Source of the DNA: an uncultured Candidatus Peribacteria bacterium
GTDB lineage: Bacteria; Patescibacteriota; Gracilibacteria; UBA1369; 2-02-FULL-48-14
Assembly (NCBI GenBank): GCA_964347725.1
Contig: CAYGAB010000001.1
Coordinates: forward strand, 1 to 27,402
Direction: 5' to 3'
DNA: 27,402 nt
Shown: piece after piece, positions 17,761-25,320 of the stretch
Layout of the letters: each line of letters starts with the position of its first letter
Numbering within the stretch: the stretch's first letter is position 1
Position numbers and translations under genes: made by a program
The notes under the pieces: model-generated
Database searches by the model: none
What the model saw: the letters and a program-made list of their open reading frames with translations, nothing else
Told to the model about the DNA's origin: nothing

Positions 17761-18708
17761 ATGGAAATCGACAGAGCAAATGTGCCGAAAGAAATAATGA
17801 ATACCGGCCCCCTTGTGGACTGGTGGAAGGAAAAGATGAACATGGGTTTTCAAGTGCCCGAGCTTGAAATTGAAGAGGCGTCACCTCCAGATTCTGTGGC
17901 AAGTGTTCTGAGCGATACCAGAGAAGCTATCGTAAGAAGAATAGAATCAGGTAGACCGTGGAGTATCGGTAGCGTGCATGGGATTGTTCGTCAATCAATA
18001 GCCAGAGAACCGGCAGGCATGGTGGACCCTAAGGTAGATGCAATCCTATCTAGATGGGGTGTTGAAACATTGATGATCGCTGATCCAAGCAGAGTGTGTG
18101 CCATCGCCCTCACTAGACAAGCTTTGGTGGGAGGAGCACCTGGGTTTACTCCTGAAGTTAATCTTACGGAAGCAGAGCAGCAGGTGACGGAGGCGCAGCA
18201 GGCATATGAAGCATTGCTGTCAAAGAATAAGGAGATCTGGGCCGATATCGAGAGCCAAGATAGAGAATTAAGAGCGAAAAAACCCACGGCAGAAAGGCTT
18301 AGAGCTCTATTGGAGAAACTGGTGGGTGCGGCTTTCCCAGGTCGGAGTCTGAACTTTGCGGCGATTCAAACTGAAATAGCTCGAGCAGAACAAGGTGCTG
18401 GAGCAAAAACTTTGTTGGCCCACTCCAACATTATGACAACCCACAACGAGCTAGCAATTGCAGAAGAAGAGATTAGGAGCTTGACTGCTGCGATTGAGCG
18501 AAATGAGAGCTTTTTCAATAATTTGGAATATGACGATCGTAGTGCGTACGGAAACCAATTGAGGGCAGAGGGATTGGTGCTTGAGGCAAGAACATGGACT
18601 CAAGACTTTCTAGAGCCAATTGCGCAAAGCAGCTTTATGACAGGGCTTGCAATCAAAGCTATGAAAAATGCGGCAAAGTTAAAACGGGGAAAGATCAGTC
18701 TGAATTAA
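17761..18708 (+). CDS. Hypothetical coiled-coil-rich protein, paralog of the upstream gene
   Basis: ATG at 17761, downstream of the promoter, preferred over TTG 17707; heptad-like helices; EARTWTQDFLEPIAQSSFMT at 18583-18642. Confidence 0.75.
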   Translation: MEIDRANVPKEIMNTGPLVDWWKEKMNMGFQVPELEIEEASPPDSVASVLSDTREAIVRRIESGRPWSIGSVHGIVRQSIAREPAGMVDPKVDAILSRWGVETLMIADPSRVCAIALTRQALVGGAPGFTPEVNLTEAEQQVTEAQQAYEALLSKNKEIWADIESQDRELRAKKPTAERLRALLEKLVGAAFPGRSLNFAAIQTEIARAEQGAGAKTLLAHSNIMTTHNELAIAEEEIRSLTAAIERNESFFNNLEYDDRSAYGNQLRAEGLVLEARTWTQDFLEPIAQSSFMTGLAIKAMKNAAKLKRGKISLN

Positions 18709-18727
18709 GCCACCAATAAGGTCATTG
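18698..18727 (+). repeat. Junction motif copy 3 (degenerate)
   Basis: 19/30 identical to 17704-17733, with TAAGCCA again centred on the stop codon (18706-18708). Confidence 0.45.
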
Positions 18728-18746
18728 AATACTCAATATTCCTCAA

Positions 18747-19964
18747 ATGAAATCAAATCCAGATCAATGGCTCATTCTCGACAATGATTACACTATTTCC
18801 GGACAGGAGGGATACCGAAGTGAATGTCTGCCCGGCCTAGAGCCATTGTTAGTTAGGCAAGGTAAAGAAAGAAATGTTGCCGTTTATTCAAGGAGCGGCC
18901 TCGCGTCCATAAACAGAAGGTTAGGAGATAAAACTAAGCATTTGGACGGGATCTTCTCCCAGTGTGAACCTATGATGTCCGATTCAGACGTATTGCTTTT
19001 TCAGGGGGGTCTTCATCACAGAAGTGAAGTAGCGGAAATCACCGGAGAAACAAAGGCTCAAATTCAAGCAGCAAGGGAGGTAGTCGTGAGGCAAGACCAT
19101 CCCACCTTAGTTGAAGAGCTGCGTATCCTGACATTTGCTTATGAATTCCATGAGCGCTATAAAAAAACTATAGCGCCTGGACGAGTGGTTAGTAGGGATA
19201 AGATTCAAGAGGATATGGATTCTTATCCAGGTGACGTACAAATCCTAAAATCTAGCCCCAACACAACATACAGGAACTTTCATTTCCCATTTCCTCTGGG
19301 CACTACCTTAACGCCAGAACTGGAAAATGCCATTCGAATCCGCCTTGCACAACAACAAAAGGAAGGAAGTTCCAAACATCAAACAACAATGCAACCTCTA
19401 AAGGATCAACTACAAGCGTATCGCACGCAGACTAACTTTGAGGCTGTTTTAAATAAATATCGGGATTTAATTTCTGAACAATGGACTTACAAGGGCTCTG
19501 GGGGGTCTGTAAGTGCCGACTACTACCGAAATCCCTACACGGGGGCTGCTAATATGGACCTTAAAGATCTACACCGCTTACGACTGAGAATGAAATCGGA
19601 AGGACGTAGTGAATCGATGAAAATGGTCATGATTGAAGACTGGTATGGTATTCAAGAGGGGTCCATCCACGAAAGCGACCCCCTCACGCCAGTACTAGTG
19701 GTGGATCCTGAGGACAGCGGATGGATTCAAAGAGGGGCGATAGAAGGGCTCGTTGAACGACTGTTCCAGCATCCAGATGGCCCGAATCATGCTTTTCGTG
19801 CCATGCTATCGAACGCTCCATCTACAAATCACCGCTACGTCAAGCGTAGGTGCAGCCTTACTTTAGACGGTCATCGTTTTGTCTTAGGAGAAGGGAAAAG
19901 AGGAGGATTCGTTGGCACTGAAAACACTCCACGAAATCTGAAATTCTTTAACAAGCTTTCTTAA
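18747..19964 (+). CDS. HAD-superfamily hydrolase, NIF/FCP1-like motif arrangement with a large insertion
   Basis: Motif I WLILDNDYT (DxDxT), LPGLEPLL, motif II VAVYSRS, then after about 190 extra residues LKDLHRL (motif III Lys) and MVMIED (motif IV). Confidence 0.6.
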   Translation: MKSNPDQWLILDNDYTISGQEGYRSECLPGLEPLLVRQGKERNVAVYSRSGLASINRRLGDKTKHLDGIFSQCEPMMSDSDVLLFQGGLHHRSEVAEITGETKAQIQAAREVVVRQDHPTLVEELRILTFAYEFHERYKKTIAPGRVVSRDKIQEDMDSYPGDVQILKSSPNTTYRNFHFPFPLGTTLTPELENAIRIRLAQQQKEGSSKHQTTMQPLKDQLQAYRTQTNFEAVLNKYRDLISEQWTYKGSGGSVSADYYRNPYTGAANMDLKDLHRLRLRMKSEGRSESMKMVMIEDWYGIQEGSIHESDPLTPVLVVDPEDSGWIQRGAIEGLVERLFQHPDGPNHAFRAMLSNAPSTNHRYVKRRCSLTLDGHRFVLGEGKRGGFVGTENTPRNLKFFNKLS

Positions 19965-20002
19965 AGTGCATAGGAATTTCCTGCTCACCGGCCAATTTAA
20001 AA

Positions 20003-20030
20003 TTGCCCCATCCCATTTTTCTGCTAGAAT
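20003..20030 (+). promoter_or_regulatory. aro operon promoter (TTGCCC-16-TAGAAT with extended -10 TGn)
   Basis: -35 at 20003-20008, TG at 20022-20023, TAGAAT at 20025-20030; 21 nt above the leader ATG. Confidence 0.7.
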
Positions 20031-20051
20031 AAACGCACTCACACAAGTTTT

Positions 20052-20126
20052 ATGCAATTGCACACCTGGTACGGATTCTTTGGATTCTTTTACAACTTCG
20101 CTCCGGCGAGGCTAAGGGTTGTGTAG
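20052..20126 (+). CDS. Aromatic-amino-acid attenuator leader peptide MQLHTWYGFFGFFYNFAPARLRVV (24 aa; not in the ORF track)
   Basis: ATG CAA TTG CAC ACC TGG TAC GGA TTC TTT GGA TTC TTT TAC AAC TTC ... GTG TAG; 8 of codons 6-16 are aromatic (1 Trp, 2 Tyr, 5 Phe). Confidence 0.9.
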   Translation: MQLHTWYGFFGFFYNFAPARLRVV

Positions 20127-20157
20127 AAAATTTTTACTTCAACACCCAAAAGGCCTC
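20092..20157 (+). promoter_or_regulatory. Attenuator alternative structures: 1:2 (pause) and 2:3 (antiterminator) hairpins
   Basis: 1:2 is TTCGC-tccg-GCGAG (20097-20110) extended by ACAAC/GTTGT (20092-96/20118-22). 2:3 is GAGGC/GCCTC (20108-12/20153-57) plus GGGTTG/CAAC-A-CC and GTAGA/TTTAC. Confidence 0.8.
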
Positions 20158-20175
20158 CCCAGCGAGGTCTTTTTT
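20148..20175 (+). terminator. Attenuator terminator (3:4)
   Basis: AAAAGGCCTC-cccagc-GAGGTCTTTT stem followed by a T-tract (20170-20175); 29 nt before the aroA ATG. Confidence 0.88.
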
Positions 20176-20204
20176 GTTCTCAAGGCTTAATTTTACCCCC
20201 GATC

Positions 20205-21500
20205 ATGCGACTGCAAGTCTCCCCCATTTCCAAACTGAACGGCAGCGTCCGAATTCCCGGATCCAAGTCTCAAAGTGTGCGAGCTTTTTTGGTGGCGACT
20301 TTGGCAAAAGGGCGATCAGAAATTCACGCTCTGCCATCTGGAGAAGACGTGAAAGCAGCGGAAGCCGTGGCGCAAAGTTTGGGTGCTCAAGTGGACACGC
20401 TGGACTGCCATGGACATTGCGTGGCGTTGACGAGCCAGGGCCTGCCTTTGTCCATTTCTCCTGAAATGTGGACAGCCAATTCCGGCATCACGACCCGATT
20501 TGTTTTGCCAATTTTAGGGCTCAGTGCTCAGCCAGATCAAAGTGTGAAGGTGGACTGTGGATCTCAAATGCGTCAACGGCTCATCCAAAGTTACCTGCAA
20601 AACCTCCAAGATCTGGGCCTCAAAATTCAAGAAAGCGAGGGTGGTTGGCCTTTGCAAGTTTCCGGCCAACTCCAAGGCGGATCGGTCACGGTGGAAGGCC
20701 TCACCTCTCAATACCTGTCCGGGCTGTTGCTCTCAGCATGTTGCGCTCGACAAGACACGATTTTGACCGTTCACAATCTGAACGAAAGACCCTACGTGGA
20801 CATGACGCTCAAGTGGTTGAAGGACCAAGGCATTCGTTTTGAACACGAGCGAACCGCAACGCGAGATCGCTTCACGGTCTTTGCGGGGCAAAAATACTCT
20901 CCGATTGACTTCACCGTTCCGGGCGATTTTTCCTCAGCCTCTACCCTCTTGGCGGCAGGCGCTCTCTTCAAAGGCGAACTGCTCTTGCAAGGCTTGGACA
21001 TGGACGATCCTCAGGGCGATCGGCGACTCGTCGAGATTCTAAAAGAGATGGGAGTGGACATCCAAGTGGACAGTGCCGGCCTGAAAATCCGCGGTGGCAA
21101 ACCACTCAAAGGGCTAAGGGTGGACGCGAATGACATTCCAGACATGCTCCCCACTTTGGCGGTGCTCGGAACTCAAGTGGAAGGCGGAATAGAAATTGTG
21201 AACGTGCCTCAAGCTCGTTTTAAAGAGACCGACAGAATCCATTCCATGGCAGAAGGTTTGCGAAAAATGGGCGCTCAGGTGGAAGAAAAAACAGATGGAC
21301 TGACGGTGTATCCGGGCCCTCTCCAGGGGGCTGAGCTGCAGGGCTATGAAGATCACCGAACGATCATGGCACTCGCACTCGCAGGACTCTTGGCGGAGGG
21401 CAGCACAAAAATAGACACCGCCGAGGGCCTCAACAAAACCTATCCGGAATTCACGGAACACATGAACGCCCTGGGTGCAAAACTTTCTCTAATCGATTAA
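20205..21500 (+). CDS. aroA: EPSP synthase (3-phosphoshikimate 1-carboxyvinyltransferase)
   Basis: PGSKS, NSGITTRF, TSQYLSGLL, VPGDFSSA, DIPDMLP, KETDRI, DHRTIMA, KTYPEF. Confidence 0.96.
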   Translation: MRLQVSPISKLNGSVRIPGSKSQSVRAFLVATLAKGRSEIHALPSGEDVKAAEAVAQSLGAQVDTLDCHGHCVALTSQGLPLSISPEMWTANSGITTRFVLPILGLSAQPDQSVKVDCGSQMRQRLIQSYLQNLQDLGLKIQESEGGWPLQVSGQLQGGSVTVEGLTSQYLSGLLLSACCARQDTILTVHNLNERPYVDMTLKWLKDQGIRFEHERTATRDRFTVFAGQKYSPIDFTVPGDFSSASTLLAAGALFKGELLLQGLDMDDPQGDRRLVEILKEMGVDIQVDSAGLKIRGGKPLKGLRVDANDIPDMLPTLAVLGTQVEGGIEIVNVPQARFKETDRIHSMAEGLRKMGAQVEEKTDGLTVYPGPLQGAELQGYEDHRTIMALALAGLLAEGSTKIDTAEGLNKTYPEFTEHMNALGAKLSLID

Positions 21501-21511
21501 ACTCACTTCAA

Positions 21512-22039
21512 ATGAAAAAGCATCTCATCCTCATTGGATTCAAACACAGCGGAAAAAGCACGCTTGGCCGAGAGCTCGGCGCCAAGCTTGGTAGAAATTT
21601 TGTGGACTTGGACGAGGCGATCCAGGCCGCACACTTGGAGCAAACGGGCGAAGATCTCAGTTGCCGAGAAATTTTGCGTGGTCACGGAGAAGAACACTTC
21701 CGCGAATTGGAACACGAAGTCCTCAAGACGGCACTGGCCAATCCCAATCCACTCATTTTGGCTTTGGGCGGAGGTACTCCCATGATGCAAGAAAACCAAG
21801 ATCTAATTCGACCTCACCAAGTGGTTCACATTTCCGCTCCAAAAAGCGTGATTTTTGAACGGATCATGATCCACGGCAAACCCGCATTTTTCTCGGCGGA
21901 AGTGGACGCTTTTGACCACTTTCAAGAACTTTGGGCCAAACGAGCACCCATCTTTGAATCTTTGGCGGACGTGACCATTCAGAACAAAGGCGCGCTGGAA
22001 CCCGTCGTTAATGAAATCATCGAACACTTTCAAACATGA
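21512..22039 (+). CDS. aroK: Shikimate kinase
   Basis: LIGFKHSGKSTLG P-loop, FVDLD, GEEHFRELE, ALGGGT. Confidence 0.92.
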   Translation: MKKHLILIGFKHSGKSTLGRELGAKLGRNFVDLDEAIQAAHLEQTGEDLSCREILRGHGEEHFRELEHEVLKTALANPNPLILALGGGTPMMQENQDLIRPHQVVHISAPKSVIFERIMIHGKPAFFSAEVDAFDHFQELWAKRAPIFESLADVTIQNKGALEPVVNEIIEHFQT

Positions 22040-23217
22040 AAAAAATCCTTCTCATCCACGGACCAAATTTGAATCGTCTTGGCCGGCGCGACCCAAAACA
22101 TTACGGCACGATCACTCTGCCAGAGTTGGAAGCCTGTGTGCGGGAAGCGGCTCAAAAAAAAGGCTACGAATTGGAGGCTTTTCAGTCCAATCACGAAGGC
22201 GCTTTGATCGATTGGATTCAAGAAAAATCCGATTCCGCGGCTGGAATTTTGATCAACCCTGGGGCGCTCACTCACAGCAGTTACGCCTTGCACGATGCGC
22301 TTTTGGACACGGGTTTGCCTTGCGTGGAATTGCATTTGTCGGACCTTTCTCAGCGTGAAGATTGGCGGCAAAAATCTGTGACGGCTCCAGCTTGCATGGC
22401 CGTGAGACAAGGCAAAGGCAAGGACTCTTATTTGGAAGGGCTGGAACTTTTGACGACCCCGCTCAACGCCGTGATTGGCTTTCCGCTCGGGCATTCCCAA
22501 AGTCCCGCTTTCCATTCGGCGCAGTACCGTGAGCGCGGAATCAATGCCGTGATGCTGGCCTGGGCCAATCCGGATGTGAGGGTTTTGGTGCAAGTGATTC
22601 GCGACTATAAAATTGGTCTGACAGCAGTGACGCTTCCTCACAAAGAAAGCATTTTGCCACTTTTGGATCACGTGGACGAACTCGCAAAACGCATTGGCGC
22701 CGTGAACACGGTCTTGCAAATTCATGGAAAACTCCACGGTTTCAACACGGACTACCTCGGTCTGAAAACCGCCTTGAGCACCGTGGACTTGAAAGGGAAA
22801 ACGGTTTTACTGCTGGGAGCCGGTGGAGCGGCTCGTCCCCTCGCCGCCTTGGTTTCAGATTCAGGCGGACACTTGTTTTGCTTGAACCGCAGCCATGAAA
22901 AAGCCCAAGCTTTGGTGGAGGAATTTGGTGGCAGGGCCATCACGGAATCGGACTTGGACGGACTTTCTCCCAACATCATCGTCAACACCACGCCGCTCGG
23001 CATGCATCCAAAAGAGGACGAAACTCCTCTGGATTCTCGGCATTTTAAGCCGGGCCAAAGCGTTTTGGACATTGTCTACAATCCGGAAGAAACTCGATTT
23101 TTACGTGAAGCCAAGGTCGCCGGCGCCTTCACGATTTCCGGAAAAATCATGTTTGAAGCTCAAGCTCTGGAGCAAATTCAGCTCTGGGAAAACAACGTTT
23201 TATCGACTAACTCTTAA
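22036..23217 (+). CDS. aroQ-aroE: Fused type II 3-dehydroquinate dehydratase and shikimate dehydrogenase
   Basis: HGPNLNRLGRRDPKHYG, SNHEG, INPGALTH, VELHLS; then GFPLGHSQSP, VTLPHK, AVNT, NTD, GAGGAA, NTTPLGM, DIVYNP. Confidence 0.93.
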   Translation: MKKILLIHGPNLNRLGRRDPKHYGTITLPELEACVREAAQKKGYELEAFQSNHEGALIDWIQEKSDSAAGILINPGALTHSSYALHDALLDTGLPCVELHLSDLSQREDWRQKSVTAPACMAVRQGKGKDSYLEGLELLTTPLNAVIGFPLGHSQSPAFHSAQYRERGINAVMLAWANPDVRVLVQVIRDYKIGLTAVTLPHKESILPLLDHVDELAKRIGAVNTVLQIHGKLHGFNTDYLGLKTALSTVDLKGKTVLLLGAGGAARPLAALVSDSGGHLFCLNRSHEKAQALVEEFGGRAITESDLDGLSPNIIVNTTPLGMHPKEDETPLDSRHFKPGQSVLDIVYNPEETRFLREAKVAGAFTISGKIMFEAQALEQIQLWENNVLSTNS

Positions 23218-23220
23218 TCC

Positions 23221-24261
23221 ATGCGTTTCACCGTCACCAAAAAATTACCTCGCGCGGAGGACATCATTCAAAAGCATCCCCTCTCCGACCGAGCTTGGGA
23301 ACAAATCGACCAAGACAAAAAAGAACTCCAAGCGATTCTGTCTGGCCGAGATGACAGAAAAATCGTGATCGTCGGACCTTGTTCCGCCTGGCCTTTTGAA
23401 GGCGTTTTGGACTACGCCGCTCGACTCAAAGAACTCAGCAAAAAAGTGGATCACAAACTCAAAATCGTGATGCGCTGCTACATCCAAAAACCACGCACCA
23501 CCAAAGGCTGGTTGGGGCCAGTCAATCAACCCGATCCTTACGCCGTTCCCGACATTGAAGCCGGCGCTTATTACGCCCGCAGCCTCATGGTGCAGATCAT
23601 AGAAATGGGTTTGCCGATTGCGGACGAAGCCGTTTTCACCAACAATGCCAAAGGATTTGTGGAACTTTTATCTTGGTTGGCGATTGGCGCTCGCAGCACA
23701 GAAGATCAAGAACATCGCATTTTTGCCTCCGCCGTGGACTGCCCCGTTGGCATGAAAAATCCAACCAGCGGAATGATTGAAATTGGAGCGAACAGCGTGG
23801 TGGTGGCGCAACACCCGCACACCGCCGTTTTTGATGGAATGCAGGTGGAAACTCAGGGAAATCCTTACGCTCATTTGGTCTTGCGTGGAGGTCTGCATAG
23901 GTCCAACTACCACGTGGAAGACTTGTACGAAGCCAAAAAATGTCTGGAAGCCGCTCAAGTTAAAAACCCGGCTGTGATAGTGGACGCCAGCCACGACAAC
24001 TGCAAAATCAACGGTGCCAAAAACGCAGTTCAACAGATGCACGTCGTGAGAGAAATCATGTCCACTTTGGCGCTTTATCCAGAGCTCAATTCTCTCGTCA
24101 AAGGCTTCATGTTGGAAAGTTTCATCAAACGTGGCAGTCAAAAAATCGAATCCATGAAGCCTGAAGAAGTGGACATGGGCGGACTTTCCATCACAGACCC
24201 CTGCCTCGGTTGGGAAGACACCGAGCAACTGCTCCTAGAAATGGCCAACACGCTCGTATAA
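23221..24261 (+). CDS. DAHP synthase, class I-alpha (AroF/G/H family)
   Basis: GPCS, KPRTT, IGARS, PVGMKN, LVLRGG, IVDASHDN, MLES, SITDPCLGW. Effector specificity cannot be read from the sequence by eye. Confidence 0.93.
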   Translation: MRFTVTKKLPRAEDIIQKHPLSDRAWEQIDQDKKELQAILSGRDDRKIVIVGPCSAWPFEGVLDYAARLKELSKKVDHKLKIVMRCYIQKPRTTKGWLGPVNQPDPYAVPDIEAGAYYARSLMVQIIEMGLPIADEAVFTNNAKGFVELLSWLAIGARSTEDQEHRIFASAVDCPVGMKNPTSGMIEIGANSVVVAQHPHTAVFDGMQVETQGNPYAHLVLRGGLHRSNYHVEDLYEAKKCLEAAQVKNPAVIVDASHDNCKINGAKNAVQQMHVVREIMSTLALYPELNSLVKGFMLESFIKRGSQKIESMKPEEVDMGGLSITDPCLGWEDTEQLLLEMANTLV

Positions 24262-24272
24262 AAACTCTTTTC

Positions 24273-25310
24273 ATGCAAGAAAATTTTTCAATTCAAATCC
24301 CGGCCTCGCCACGCCAAACCCCCCTTTATTTTGGAGAAGCTTTGTTGACGCACTTGCCGGAACTTCTCAAAAAACACGCTCCGGCTCACCGCTACGCTTT
24401 GATCACGGACAGCACGGTGGAAACTTTGCATGGGAAAGCTTTGGCTCAGCAATTAAAATCCGCCGGACTCGATTTGACTTTGCTCTCTTTCCCGGCCGGA
24501 GAATCCAGCAAAAATGAAGCCACGAAACAGCAGCTCGACCACGAACTTTTGAAGCGCGGATTTGGCCGAGACACGGTCTTGTTGGCCTTGGGTGGTGGCG
24601 TGGTGGGAGACATGGTTGGCTTTGTAGCGGCCACGTATTTGCGTGGCATTCCTTTTGTCCAAATTCCGACCACGGTTTTGGCCATGGTGGACAGTTCCAT
24701 CGGAGGAAAAGTGGGCGTGGACACGCCTTTTGGGAAAAATTTGATTGGCGCTTTTTGGCACCCAAATTTGATTGTGGCGGACACGGACACGCTCTCCACT
24801 TTGTCGGAAGAACAAAAGCAAAACGGATTTTTTGAAGTGCTGAAAATGGCCCTGTGTTTGGACATGGAAGCCAACTCCATTGAACGCGCCATGCAACTCA
24901 AAGCCAAAATCGTGTCCGCGGACGAACGCGAGTCGGCCCAAAGAGCCGTCTTGAATTTTGGTCACACGGTGGGCCACGCTTTGGAATTGTTGAGCGATTA
25001 TCGTCTCTTGCACGGATTCGCGGTGGGACTTGGAATGTGGGTGGAAGCCCGCATTTCTTGTTTTCTGGGGCACTTGTCTCCAGCCGATTTCAAAGAAGTG
25101 GAGGCACGATTGATCGCTCACGGAACGGACCTTTCTGTCTTGCAACAATACGATCCAAATGCCGTGTGGGACGCCATGCAATCCGACAAAAAAAACCGAG
25201 AAGGAAAGGTGAAAATGGTGCTGCTCGCTGGCCTCGGCAAAGTGGTGGACGACGGCGGATTCACCCATCCCGTTTCCAAAGAAGATTTCTTGTCCAGCTT
25301 CAAAATCTAA
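24273..25310 (+). CDS. aroB: 3-dehydroquinate synthase
   Basis: GESSK, ALGGGVVGDMVGF, PTTVLAMVDSSIGGK, KNLIGAF, LNFGHTVGHA, LLHG, DKK. ATG at 24273. Confidence 0.95.
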   Translation: MQENFSIQIPASPRQTPLYFGEALLTHLPELLKKHAPAHRYALITDSTVETLHGKALAQQLKSAGLDLTLLSFPAGESSKNEATKQQLDHELLKRGFGRDTVLLALGGGVVGDMVGFVAATYLRGIPFVQIPTTVLAMVDSSIGGKVGVDTPFGKNLIGAFWHPNLIVADTDTLSTLSEEQKQNGFFEVLKMALCLDMEANSIERAMQLKAKIVSADERESAQRAVLNFGHTVGHALELLSDYRLLHGFAVGLGMWVEARISCFLGHLSPADFKEVEARLIAHGTDLSVLQQYDPNAVWDAMQSDKKNREGKVKMVLLAGLGKVVDDGGFTHPVSKEDFLSSFKI

Positions 25311-25320
25311 TCCCATTTCT

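Noticed and set aside
16923-18727. Integron attC sites or CRISPR repeats as the explanation for the junction motif
   Set aside because: No RYYYAAC...GTTRRRY palindromic arms, no integrase or cas genes; copies are degenerate and separated by whole genes.
16983-19964. Prophage, IS or defence island between the trp and aro operons
   Set aside because: No integrase, transposase, terminal repeats or recognisable defence domains; only an impression of different codon usage (more AGA/ATA/CTA) that I could not quantify.
20031-20204. T-box or metabolite riboswitch; second TrpR operator upstream of aroA
   Set aside because: Too short for T-box stem I, and TGGTACGG does not match the T-box UGGNACC in sequence or position. 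No GTACT-N8-AGTAC is present. The leader peptide explains the structure.
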